Of a stretch of 52,328 nucleotides of DNA, positions 9,727 through 18,865 are shown one piece after another. The DNA lies in the NCBI GenBank assembly GCA_030446685.1, contig JAUJMV010000033.1, positions 1 through 52,328 of the forward strand, given 5' to 3'. Numbering within the stretch: position 1 is the stretch's first letter; each line of letters opens with the position of its first letter. The translations under genes were made by a program, and so were the position numbers. The notes beneath the pieces were generated by a model. It did not search any database, had not been told where the DNA came from, and saw only the letters and a list, made by a program, of their open reading frames with translations. This DNA comes from Thermomicrobiales bacterium. GTDB taxonomy: Bacteria; Chloroflexota; Chloroflexia; Thermomicrobiales; CADCWN01.

Positions 9727-10237
9727 GCCTTCCTCCTTGCTGCGATGCGTGCCGCTCCCAGGCTGCCCATACGTCGTCGGCGATTTGCGCGTAGTCTGTT
9801 GCGGGTCCGGCCAGTGCGCCATCGAACCAGCGGACGAACTCCTCATGGATGATGCGGCGCGCGTCGGCGACTGATCGCGCTTCACCTAGCCGCGGCAGGA
9901 TTGTGCCCGCCTCGGGTTCATACTCATCCTCGGGCGCACCAGCACCACTGAGACCGATGGGATCGTGCTGATAGAGGATGGCGACGACCTCACCGTACAC
10001 GTCTCCGTACTTTGCCTTGAGCTGCTGCCGTCCGGGGCGGAGCGGCAGCGCGGCGCAGTGTCGCCCGATCTTCATTACCTCGTCCACCAGGGTATCGAGG
10101 TTCTGGGCGCGGCGCTCCTCGCGGGCGAGGCGCTCGCGCAGCGCGGTGATCACTGCCTGGGTGATCGTCTCCCCGGTGTGCGCCGCGACCGCCCGCGCCA
10201 GACGATCGGCTTCCGGGTCTTTGATGCTCAAGGGCAT
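9719..10237 (-). CDS. VapB/Rv0623-like antitoxin domain fused to a small helical domain
   Basis: N-terminus [37 protein letters not shown] is typical of Rv0623-like (PSK_trans_fac) VapB; C-terminal HDPIG...DEYEPE...EEFVRWF resembles DUF1871/YugE-like proteins. Confidence 0.75.
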   Translation of the reverse strand: MPLSIKDPEADRLARAVAAHTGETITQAVITALRERLAREERRAQNLDTLVDEVMKIGRHCAALPLRPGRQQLKAKYGDVYGEVVAILYQHDPIGLSGAGAPEDEYEPEAGTILPRLGEARSVADARRIIHEEFVRWFDGALAGPATDYAQIADDVWAAWERHASQQGGRHE

Positions 10238-10330
10238 GTCTTCCATCCTGTATCGAGAAGGGTCTATCCGGGACGATAACGCCCCGCGGCGCGGCGCGTC
10301 AAGGAGATGCGAGTGGCCTGCCTGGGCGTA

Positions 10331-11799
10331 TTAGTCATCGCCCACCGCGGCGATCTGCCGTGCCTGGTCCGCCGCCTCGTCGCCGTCCCGGCGTTCGCCC
10401 GTCCCCGGCGGCGCGGCGATCAGGTCGTCGTGGAGGGCGCGCATGGCGCGGCCCTCGTCGCCGGCGGGGAGGACGCAGGAGATGTTCAACTCCGAGCCGC
10501 CCTGGGCGATCGCCAGGATGTTGCAGCCGTGGCGGCCGAGCGTGCCGAAGACGCGCCCGGCGACGCCGGGGCTGCCGCGCATCCCCGCGCCGACCACTGC
10601 CAGGATGCAGACCTCGCGCTCAACGCTGACGGAGGAGAGCTCGCCGCGCGCCAGTTCGTCGGCGAACTCCCCTCCAGCGCCACCCGCAGCCGCTCGCCCG
10701 CCTCGGCCGGGACGACGAAGCAGACGTTGTGCTCGGACGACGACTGCGACATCAGGAGGATGTTGGCGTCGCAGGCGGCGAGGACGGCGCAGGCCCGCGC
10801 GACGATCTTCGGCCCGCCGACCAGCCCGGCCCCTCGACCGTGACCATGACGGCGCGGCCGATCGAGGTGATGGCGCGCACCGCGCCGCGCACCGGCGGGG
10901 CGTAGGATTCGATGCGGGTGCCGGGGAAGGCTGGCTCGAAGGTGTTGAGGATGCGGATCGGGATGTCCTTGGCGGCGGCGGGGAGGATCGTGCGCGGATG
11001 GATCACCTTCGCGCCGAAGTAGGAGAGTTCCGCCGCCTCGGCGTAGCTGAGCGCCGGGAGGGGGCGGGCGTCGGGGACGAGGCGGGGGTCGGCGGTGAGG
11101 ACGCCGTTGACGTCGGTCCAGATCCAGACCTCGTCCGCGTCGAGGGCGTGCCCGAGGATGCTGGCGGAGAAGTCGGAGCCGCCCCGCCCGAGGGTCGTCG
11201 TCGCGCCGTCCGGGGTGGCGCCGACGAAGCCGCCGAGGACCGGCACCGTCCCGGCGGCGAGGAGCGGGCGCAAGGCCGCCGCGGCGCGGTCGGTGGTGGC
11301 GGCGAGGTCGGGGTTGGCCGAGCCGAAGCGGTCGTCGGTGACGATCACGCGCTCGGCGGCGACCGCCTGGGCGGCGACGCCGCGCTCGCGCAGGACGCCG
11401 GCGAGGATCGGGATCAGGCAGCCCTCGCCCCAGCCGGCGACGCGGTCGAGGCTGCGGGGGCTGAGTTCGTCCAAGAGGGCCACGCCGGTGAGGCTGCGGC
11501 GGAGCTGCGCCAGCCGGGTCGCGACCTCGCGGTGGACCTCCTGCCGGGTGGCGGGGTCGTCGAGCGCGTCCTCGATCGCCGCGAAGTGCTGCTCGCGCAA
11601 GGCCCGCAGGGCGGCGCGCAACTCCCCGGCGCCCCTGGGCGGCGGCCTGGGCCGCCGCCAGCAGCCGGTCGGTCACCCCGCGCATCGCCGAGGCGACGAC
11701 GACGACCGGGCGGTCGCGGTGGGTCGCGACGATCGCGGCCGCCGCCCGCAGTTGCCGCCCGCCGCCCACCGACGTGCCGCCGAACTTCATGACCAGCAT
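10331..11799 (-). CDS. lysC: Aspartate kinase (frameshifted near ~11630, ~10830, ~10670; probably sequencing indels)
   Basis: MLVMKFGGTS, VVASAM, TTTLGRGGSDFSA, IWTDVNGVLTADPR, YFGAKVIHP and two ACT domains (SQSSSEHN; VGAGMRGSPGVAGRVF...AQGGSELN) spread over three frames. Confidence 0.92.
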
Positions 11800-11937
11800 C
11801 GTTCCCTCCGGGGAGGACTGAGTGCTGAGGACTGAGTGCGAAGTGAGAAGGACCGAAGAAGTAAGCAGAGCATCGCGGCGAAATCCTACTGCCCCGTTCT
11901 CATCACCCAGTCCTCATTCCTAAACCCTTCGCCCTCC

Positions 11938-11971
11938 CAAACAAAAATGCAGAGGAACGAATCCTCTGCAT
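11938..11971 (-). terminator. Intrinsic terminator of the lysC leader (attenuator)
   Basis: Minus strand ATGCAGAGGA-ttcgt-TCCTCTGCAT (10-bp stem) followed by TTTTGTTT. Confidence 0.85.
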
Positions 11972-11998
11972 CCACCGGCGCGATTGACTGGTCGGGCG

Positions 11999-12100
11999 CT
12001 ACGATGCCACACCGCAGCGCCCGCCCGGTCTCGCCGGTGGGCGCGTAATGGTAGTGGTGGTCATCGTCGTGGCCGCGACCAGCGGCATGCGCTTCTCCAT
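11999..12100 (-). CDS. Thr-rich leader peptide (thrL-like attenuator peptide)
   Basis: MEKRMPLVAATTMTTTTITRPPARPGGRCGVAS*: 7 Thr in 9 codons, lying between a promoter and a terminator upstream of lysC-asd-hom. Confidence 0.8.
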   Translation of the reverse strand: MEKRMPLVAATTMTTTTITRPPARPGGRCGVAS

Positions 12101-12107
12101 GCCCGCT

Positions 12108-12136
12108 ATCCTACCGGGCGATCGGGTTGCTGTCAA
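12108..12136 (-). promoter_or_regulatory. Sigma70 promoter of the thr leader/lysC operon
   Basis: TTGACA-N17-TAGGAT; the leader ATG begins 7 nt after the -10 box. Confidence 0.8.
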
Positions 12137-12204
12137 CCCCACGATGCCCCCCTGCTCGCGGCCGTGGCACGGTGACGGGTGCGCGACGTGGCGCGGGGCA
12201 GAAG

Positions 12205-12231
12205 CCGGGGGCGGGCCTCGCCCGCCCCCGG
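12205..12231 (-). terminator. GC hairpin, likely terminator of the CHRD gene
   Basis: CCGGGGGCGGGC-ctc-GCCCGCCCCCGG perfect 12-bp stem. Confidence 0.55.
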
Positions 12232-12264
12232 TGAGCGCTTCGTGGATGGAATGTGAGAGGTGGC

Positions 12265-12753
12265 TTATTTGATCTGGCCGCGCACCTCGCCGGCGGGATA
12301 GGCGTCGGTGTGGATGTTGGTGTAGGCGTTGCCGGATTCCAGCGCGGCGACCAGATCGCTGAGCGGCTTGCCGGCGAGGGGGCCGCGCAGGTCCGCCGCC
12401 GTGATGGTGCCCTCGGCGAGGATGCCGTGGACGGTGCCGGTGGTCGGGATCTCGTTGACCGGCTTGTCGAACAGGAAGGCGACCACCGGGCCGTTCTGGC
12501 CCGCGGGCGCCAGGTGGATGTGCGCGAAGCGGATGCGGTCGAGGTTGGAGACGATCAGCTTGTAGTGGAGCGTGGCGCCGTCGTCGCTGAACTTGAAGAT
12601 CGCCTGGGATTGGGCCTCGGTGTCGACCGCCGGCGTCTGCACTTCCTGATCGCCGGTGCCGTGCGCGGTGAAGTTGTTGTTCGCGGCGACGGCCGCGCCG
12701 ACGGTGACGAGCAGGGTGAGCAGCGAGAGGATGAATAGCCGGGCCAGGCGCAT
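12265..12753 (-). CDS. Secreted CHRD domain protein
   Basis: Signal peptide (MRLARLFILSLLTLLVTVGAAVAA); G.QEV, AHIH.APAGQNGPVV, GNAYTNIHT..YPAGEVRGQI. Confidence 0.92.
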   Translation of the reverse strand: MRLARLFILSLLTLLVTVGAAVAANNNFTAHGTGDQEVQTPAVDTEAQSQAIFKFSDDGATLHYKLIVSNLDRIRFAHIHLAPAGQNGPVVAFLFDKPVNEIPTTGTVHGILAEGTITAADLRGPLAGKPLSDLVAALESGNAYTNIHTDAYPAGEVRGQIK

Positions 12754-12977
12754 GGTCGCCTCCTCTTGGGTGTTCGAACAGCACGATGTCACGGCGACCA
12801 GATTCGACCGGTCGCCTGCTGGGATGATGAGCGCTCGATCGGGTATACGCCGTCAGCGGGGAATCGGATTGCTCTCAGGCGCACTCCTCCCCGCCCGCTG
12901 CCGTTGAGCCAGGTCCGGGAGGGTTGCATGAAGAGATCGGGCGCGAACCGGATCTTGCCGCCGCTGGTCCGCGACCC

Positions 12978-13481
12978 TTACCCGTCCGCGCGGGCGGTGT
13001 CGCGGCTGGCGCGCAGGTCCTTCGCGTGGCTGCGCTCGTGGTAGGCGATGATCTTGAAGATGCCCTCGACGGTGGTGTCGCCGGCGACGGGGTGGGCGGT
13101 GGGGCGGTCGAGGTCGGCGTCGGTCAGGCGGTCGAGCAGGGCCAGCGCCTGCCCGCGCGACTCCTCCAGCCGCGCCAGCAGTTGCTCGACGCTCTGCTCG
13201 CGGGCGCGGCGGATGCGGCCCTCGTTCCAGCGGTCGATGTCGAAGTCGGGCGTGTACCGGGGCGGCTGGCCCTCCATGGCCCCGGCGATCATCGGCAGCA
13301 TGCCCGCCTCGGCGTAGGCGACGTGGCCGATCAGATCCTTGGCGGTCCAGTGGCTCTCGTGGCCGACCCGCCGGTCCAGTTCCTCCGCGGTCAGCGCCCG
13401 CGCCGCCGCGAGGAACGTCTCCCGCGACGCCGCCAGCCGCTCGCGCAGCCGGGCCTTCCGCCCGCCTTCAGCCTCGATCAT
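12978..13481 (-). CDS. DinB family protein
   Basis: WTAKDLIGHV...HPVAG..TV...IAYHERSH, the His triad pattern of DinB_2. Confidence 0.85.
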   Translation of the reverse strand: MIEAEGGRKARLRERLAASRETFLAAARALTAEELDRRVGHESHWTAKDLIGHVAYAEAGMLPMIAGAMEGQPPRYTPDFDIDRWNEGRIRRAREQSVEQLLARLEESRGQALALLDRLTDADLDRPTAHPVAGDTTVEGIFKIIAYHERSHAKDLRASRDTARADG

Positions 13482-13637
13482 TGCCCCGTCCTCCCTTTCC
13501 TCGTGTGGGCCGTGGGCGGTGGGCCGCGGGCGTGGAGCGATGGCGGACGACGTGGAGGCGGCTTATCCCTCCGTTCGCCCCGCGCTCCCCCGGCACTCGG
13601 CGGCCCGCGGCCCACCGCCCACAACCCACCGCCCGCG

Positions 13638-14321
13638 TCACTCCGGCGCCGGCACCAGCCCCATCCGCACGGCGTAGACCGCGGCCTGGGTGCGGCTGAC
13701 GAGGCCGAGTTTGCTGAGGATCGCGCTGACGTAGACGCGCACGGTGCTGTCGCTCAGGTGCAGCTCGCGGGCGATCTCCTTGTTGCCGAGGCCGCGCGCG
13801 ATCAGGATCAGCACCTCGCGCTCGCGCGGGCTGAGCGCGCTGTCGCGCTCGGGTGCGCGCGGCGCGGCCATCTCCAGCACCAGCCGCTTGGCCGCGCGCG
13901 GGTCGAGGTGCGCCTCGCCGCGGTGCGCCGAGCGGACGGCGCGGATCACCTCGTCCGGTTCGGCGTCCTTCAGCAGGTAGCCGAGCGCGCCGGCCTTCAG
14001 CGCGCCGATGACGTGGTCCTCGTCCATGAAGGAGGTCAGGGCGATGATCTCGGTCTCACGCCGTTCGGCCTTGATCGCCGCCGTCGCGGCGATGCCGTCC
14101 AGTTCAGGCATCGCCAGATCCATCAGCACCACGTCCGGGGCCAGATCGCGCGCCAGTTGGACCGCCTCCTGGCCGTTGCGCGCCTCCCCGATCACAGTGA
14201 TGTCGTCGGTGATGTTGAGGTAGGAGCGCACGCCGTGCCGCACGATCGTGTGGTCGTCGGCGAGCAGCACGCGGATCGGCGGCTCGTGGGTGTCGGGCGC
14301 GGGCAGTTCTTCGATCGTCAT
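13638..14321 (-). CDS. NarL/LuxR-family response regulator
   Basis: LADDH, VLMDLAMPELDG, GYLLK receiver domain; LSPREREVL...GLGNKEIA...LSKLG HTH. Confidence 0.93.
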   Translation of the reverse strand: MTIEELPAPDTHEPPIRVLLADDHTIVRHGVRSYLNITDDITVIGEARNGQEAVQLARDLAPDVVLMDLAMPELDGIAATAAIKAERRETEIIALTSFMDEDHVIGALKAGALGYLLKDAEPDEVIRAVRSAHRGEAHLDPRAAKRLVLEMAAPRAPERDSALSPREREVLILIARGLGNKEIARELHLSDSTVRVYVSAILSKLGLVSRTQAAVYAVRMGLVPAPE

Positions 14322-14363
14322 GGTTGGTGCCTTCTTCGTGCCGTTGTCCGGTCGCCGGCGCGA

Positions 14364-15206
14364 TCAGGGCCGGGCCGGCGTCGCGGCCGTCCCCAGTTCG
14401 GCCCGGAAGCGCGCGAGCAGCGCGGGGAGATCGTCGAGGATGTAGTCGGGCGCGATCGGGCCGCGCTCGGCCTCCTCGCGGGTCGAGACGCCGGTCAGGA
14501 CCATGATCGTCGCGAGGCCGGCGTTGATGCCGCCGAGGATGTCGGTGTCGAGGCGGTCGCCGAGCATCGCGACCTCGTCCGCGCCGAGGCCGAGCCGCGC
14601 CAGGGCCTGCTCCATCATCGGCGTCTCCGGCTTGCCGAGTGCGACCGGGCGGCGGTCGGTCGCCACCTCCAGGGCGGCGATCAGCGCGCCGGCGCCCGGC
14701 ACCAGCCCCTCCTCGGTCGGCAGGGTCTTGTCGGTGTTGGTGGCGATCCAGTCGGCCCCGGCGCGGATCGCCAGGCAGGCGCGGCGCAGCTTCTCGTAGG
14801 TCACGGCCCAGTCGCCGCTGGAGATCACCACCTGGGGCGCGTCCTCGTCCCAGACGTAGCCGGTGCCGTCGAGCAGCAGGTCGCGCAGCGGCTCCATGCA
14901 GACGCCGGAGAGGCGCGTGCCGGGGGGGTAATGTTCGCGCAGGTAGGTGAGGGCGACGACGCCGGAGGTGAGGATCGCCTCGGGAGGCGCCTGCACGCCC
15001 ATCGCGGCGAGCTTGGTGGTGTAGCCGGCCGGCAGGGTGGTCGAGTTGTTGGTCAGCAGCAGGTAGCGGATGCCCTGGCGGTCGAGAAATTGGAAGAACT
15101 CGACCAGCCCCGGCAGCGGCTGGTTGCCGCGGTAGAGAACGCCGTCCATGTCCATGATCAGGCCGCGCAGGTCGCGCAGCGGGCGGGGGGTGCGGGGGCT
15201 CGTCAT
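14364..15206 (-). CDS. HAD-IIA hydrolase (NagD family)
   Basis: ATG at 15206 after GGAGG; MDMDGVLY, LTNNS, ATNTD, LGKPE, GDRLDTDI. Confidence 0.92.
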   Translation of the reverse strand: MTSPRTPRPLRDLRGLIMDMDGVLYRGNQPLPGLVEFFQFLDRQGIRYLLLTNNSTTLPAGYTTKLAAMGVQAPPEAILTSGVVALTYLREHYPPGTRLSGVCMEPLRDLLLDGTGYVWDEDAPQVVISSGDWAVTYEKLRRACLAIRAGADWIATNTDKTLPTEEGLVPGAGALIAALEVATDRRPVALGKPETPMMEQALARLGLGADEVAMLGDRLDTDILGGINAGLATIMVLTGVSTREEAERGPIAPDYILDDLPALLARFRAELGTAATPARP

Positions 15207-15380
15207 CCTTCCTCCAAGCGGTCGGGGCGCGGCACTGGCGCGGCGGGGCAAGCCCGGTCGCCGCCGGTAGCCTAGCACATCGGCGCGCGCGAGGGGAGTG
15301 GCCCCGGACCCCAACGTTGGGGGAGAGCCCCGCTGGATGCTGACAAGCAACCGATCGGAAAGGCGGCAGGAGGCGCGCGG

Positions 15381-16088
15381 TCAGTGTGGATCGAGGGGGC
15401 CGACGCCGTCGCCGGCCAGGAGCCCGATGCTGCCGGCGACCAACCCGTGCTCCCCGAGTGCGTACATCACGGTGATCGACGTGCCGGGCCGCGCGCCCTC
15501 CGGGGGCGGGCAGTCGCGTCCTTGCCCGCCGCCCTGCCCGGCCGGCGCGGTCGTCAGGGTCGTGCTGCGGTACTGCTCGCGGATGAGCGTGCCCCAATCG
15601 GGCGCGGTTCGGGCGGTGAGCGTGGCGTCCGCCGGCAGCAGCGGGGCGATCGCGGCGCGCGCCTCGTCGAGCGTGAGGGCGACCCCCTCGGCCAACTGGT
15701 AGTGGATGGCGCCGAGGATGCCGTCCGCGAAGCGCGCCTCGTACCGGCCCAGCGGGGCGTGGTACAGGGCGACCGTGATCGACCGCGGCGGATGCACGCC
15801 GCCGTTCGGCCTCGTGGACGTGGCGGCGATGGGCTGGCCGACGCGCGCCTCCCACCGCTCCCTGGTCAGCCCCAGCCCCGCCGATTGCAAGCGCGGGCAG
15901 GGTGTCGGCGTGGCAGCGCCCCCGGAGAGCGTTTGCCCCGGCAGGCCATTCAGCAGCACCAGCGCGACGGTAAGGGCGGCGATCAGAGCCGCGGAGGCGA
16001 CACCGAAGACGAGGTGACCTGTGCCCAGGCCGACCGGGCGCCAGCAGGCGCCTTGTCGCAGCTTGATCGCGCCACGCGATGATCGCAT
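15381..16088 (-). CDS. Hypothetical membrane-anchored/exported protein
   Basis: Hydrophobic stretch (LVFGVASAALIAALTVALVLL) followed by a Pro/Thr linker and a GLGLTR..WE domain; start uncertain. Confidence 0.6.
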   Translation of the reverse strand: MRSSRGAIKLRQGACWRPVGLGTGHLVFGVASAALIAALTVALVLLNGLPGQTLSGGAATPTPCPRLQSAGLGLTRERWEARVGQPIAATSTRPNGGVHPPRSITVALYHAPLGRYEARFADGILGAIHYQLAEGVALTLDEARAAIAPLLPADATLTARTAPDWGTLIREQYRSTTLTTAPAGQGGGQGRDCPPPEGARPGTSITVMYALGEHGLVAGSIGLLAGDGVGPLDPH

Positions 16089-16209
16089 TGCTCGCCTCTC
16101 GTCGCTCCTTTGCGATCGAAGGGGTGTGTGGAGTGGGCTGCCGCCGGTGGGTCCAAGGAAGGCCAACGACCGCAACAAACCGCTGGCTCGCGGGTCGGCC
16201 CCATAACGC

Positions 16210-16392
16210 TCAGATTTCTTCGCGTGGTAGAGGTGGCGTTGACCGCCGTGTCTCGGCAGGGCCGGAGGGTCGTCGCATCGCCCGCGCCGCGAGAAGCCAA
16301 GCGAGAAAGCCCAGCACGGCAAGCACGATGGTGATCATGATGATTAGGAGGATCAACAGGTGCCAGGGTTGGATCAGACCTAGACCGGGCAT
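16210..16392 (-). CDS. Small single-pass membrane protein with TatA-like N-terminus
   Basis: AAGGAG RBS; MPGLGLIQPWHLLILLIIMITIVLAVLGFLAWLL. Confidence 0.65.
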   Translation of the reverse strand: MPGLGLIQPWHLLILLIIMITIVLAVLGFLAWLLAARAMRRPSGPAETRRSTPPLPREEI

Positions 16393-16715
16393 CGCGTACT
16401 CCTTGCAGGGTGTCGACGGCCTCTCTTGGGTGGGAAGCCCCTAATGCTCGGTTCACGACTCGACGGCTGCCCGCAGGTGACTGCCGCCGCACCGCCGCCG
16501 CGATCGGCACCTTCGGCCAAGTTTACTTTGGTGGCGCTCCTTCCGGCCTGTCGGCGCGGTGGTCGGGGTGAGTCGCGTGAGGCCGATCGGGATGGCAGGC
16601 GGCGGCGGTGGTCCGTTATCGCCGCCCGGATCGCGTCGCGCACCGCCTGGTCGCTGCACCCGTATCGCCGCGCACGGTCGTTGGGCAGTCGGCGGAGCCC
16701 GCGGCAGCGGTACGC

Positions 16716-17701
16716 TCATTGCCGCACCGATTGTAACCGCACCGGCGGCACCAGGCGGCTCAGCCGGCGCACCTCGTCCCGACCCGTCCGGTGGGCGAGC
16801 GTGTCGAGGGTGTCGAGCGCCTCGCGCCGGTGCGCGTCGGCCACGACCCAGGTGTAGTGGAGGGCGCCGAGGTCGCGGATCGCCGCCAGCAGTCGCGCCT
16901 CATCCGCTGCGCCCGGTCGCGCCGACTGGCGGAACCACTCTTCGATGTGGGGAGGCCCTCGTCGCGGGCGCAGCGAGGGCGTAGGCGATGGGGAGCGTCT
17001 TCTTCCCGCGCCGCAGATCGCTGCCGCGGCTGGCGCTGTCCGGATCGACGCCGGCGAGATCGTTCAGGAGTTGGGCGACCACGCCGACATGGCGACCGAA
17101 GTCGCCCACCAGTTCGAGGATCGCCGGGTCGTCCACGGCCACGGCGGCGCCCACCTGGCAGGCCATCGCCGCCAGCGATCCCGCCTTGCGGCGGGTCATC
17201 TCGTGCGCCTGCTCCTCGCTGACCGCCGCCTGCGTCTCGAAGAGGAGGTCGAGGTCTTCGCCGTTGCAGGCGGCCAGGTAGCCTCGCGCGCAGAGATCCG
17301 CGATCCGGCGCGCGCGCCGGGGCGAGGCGTTCGCCCGCCCGCGCCGCGCAACCCTGCGCCAGCCAGGGCAGGGCGAGGGCGGCGTTGCGCGCGCCCCGGC
17401 GAGGTCGCGGTGTCGTCCCACTCGTCGTCCACCAGGTCATCGACGACATCGGCCGCCGCGACCGCGAACTCGACCGCCGCCGCCGCCGCGATCCCGGCCT
17501 CCCGATCGCCGCCGAACGCCGCGCAGGGGTCGAGCACGAGGGCGGGCCATTTGGCGGCCGTGTGCGCCTGGGGGCGAGCACCCGGCCCGGCCGCGCCAGC
17601 AGCCGGAGCAGCAGTTCCCCGAAGGCCGGGGTGTCGGTGGCACGCAGAATCGCCGCCCGCACCCGGGCGGCGACCTGTGGGACTGCCGTGTCCGCTTCCA
17701 T
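16716..17701 (-). CDS. ComQ-like isoprenyl transferase (polyprenyl synthetase fold), several frameshifts
   Basis: Pieced across frames: AAAVEFAVAAADVVDDLVDDE (FARM), GEDLDL, RKAGSL..MAC..GA, AQLLNDL (pseudo-SARM), SDLRRGKKTLPIAY, IRDLGALHYTWVVA; TGA at 16716. Confidence 0.8.
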
Positions 17702-17719
17702 CCGGGCAGCCCGTCGCGA

Positions 17720-17953
17720 TCAGGCGCCCGGCTGCGGCCGCGGCGCCGACGTCCACATGTCCGCGCCGCTCGCGGGAACCAGCCTGCCGAGATCGCCGCC
17801 GGCGTCCAGGAGGCGCCGGCGCAGATCCCCGAGCGCCGCGCGTTCGGCCGGTGACAGTGGCCCCACCGTGGCGGCGTCCGCTTGGCGCGTCCCCGACGCG
17901 CCCCCGCGCCGCGCGAGATCCCGCACCTGTGCATGAAGTTCGGAAAGGTTCAC
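17720..17953 (-). CDS. Small peptide, candidate ComX-like prenylation substrate
   Basis: AAGGAGGG RBS 8 nt before GTG at 17953; 77 aa VNLSELHAQVRDL...LSPAERAALGDL...GADMWTSAPRPQPGA with a single Trp; ends 18 nt before the ComQ-like ATG. Confidence 0.65.
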   Translation of the reverse strand: MNLSELHAQVRDLARRGGASGTRQADAATVGPLSPAERAALGDLRRRLLDAGGDLGRLVPASGADMWTSAPRPQPGA

Positions 17954-18157
17954 CCTGTGGCCCTCCTTCCGGCGTTCCCGACCGTTGTGCGTGCCGACTC
18001 CCGGTAATCCTACTACGAAGGGGCGCCGCGCGACACTACGGAAAACCGTAGGATGCGGGGGCCGGAGAGCGACGGATTGGCGCTGGATTGCCGGCCTCCG
18101 GGACGCGCCGAGGCCGGCGCGAGGCACGACCCGCGCCGGCCCCGCGCGCTCCGTCGC

Positions 18158-18796
18158 TTAGTGCGCGGCCGTCCCGATCTGCGCGGCGGCCTGGCGGAGC
18201 GCCGCCAGGATCGTGGCGGGCGGCTGGGCGCCCGAGAGGGCCAACGCGCCGCCGACGATGAAGAGCGGCACCCCGCTGACACCCTGCTGTCTCGCCCAGG
18301 TCGCTGCCTCGATCACCTCGTCGCGCGTGGCGTCGCCGCGCAGGAGTTCGGCGATCGGCTCGCGGTCCAGGCCGGCCGCGGCGGCGATGTCCGCCAGCAC
18401 GTCGACCCTGCCGATGTCGCGCCCCTCCTCGAAGTAGGCGCGGTGGATGCCGTCGAGGACCGCGTCCTGCCGGTCCTCGGGGACCAGCGCGAGCAGGCGG
18501 TGCGACGGGATCGAGCTGGGCGCGTACCGGATCTTGTCGAAGTTGAGGGTGACGCCGGCGGCGGTCCCGGCGCGGCGGACGTGCTCGAACATGGCGTCGA
18601 GCCCGTCGGCGCCCTTGTTGGCGGCCATGTAGGCACGGAAATCGAGCCCCTCGGGCGGAATCGCCTCGTTGAGCAGGAACGGGTGCCAGTGGACCGTCAC
18701 CGGCGGCCCGTCCCAGCCGGCCAGCGTGGTCGCCAGGTGCTGCTTGCCGATCCGGCACCAGGGGCAGACGGTGTCGTGGAAGACGTCGACGATCAT
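18158..18796 (-). CDS. DsbA family oxidoreductase (FrnE-like)
   Basis: DTVCPWCRIG, HPFLLN, AYFEEG, GVSGVPLF, GAQP. Confidence 0.92.
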   Translation of the reverse strand: MIVDVFHDTVCPWCRIGKQHLATTLAGWDGPPVTVHWHPFLLNEAIPPEGLDFRAYMAANKGADGLDAMFEHVRRAGTAAGVTLNFDKIRYAPSSIPSHRLLALVPEDRQDAVLDGIHRAYFEEGRDIGRVDVLADIAAAAGLDREPIAELLRGDATRDEVIEAATWARQQGVSGVPLFIVGGALALSGAQPPATILAALRQAAAQIGTAAH

Positions 18797-18865
18797 GGGC
18801 AACTCCTTCGCAGTGCGAGCCCGGCGCATCGCCCCATCGGGAAGTATAGCGGGCGGGCGGGCCGA

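Noticed and set aside
13638-14321. Assigning the NarL-type regulator as comA
   Set aside because: Generic family member separated from the peptide locus by other genes, with no cognate kinase in the window; kept only as a hypothesis.
16210-16392. tatA
   Set aside because: Only the N-terminus is similar; the FG hinge and amphipathic helix are missing and no tatC is nearby.
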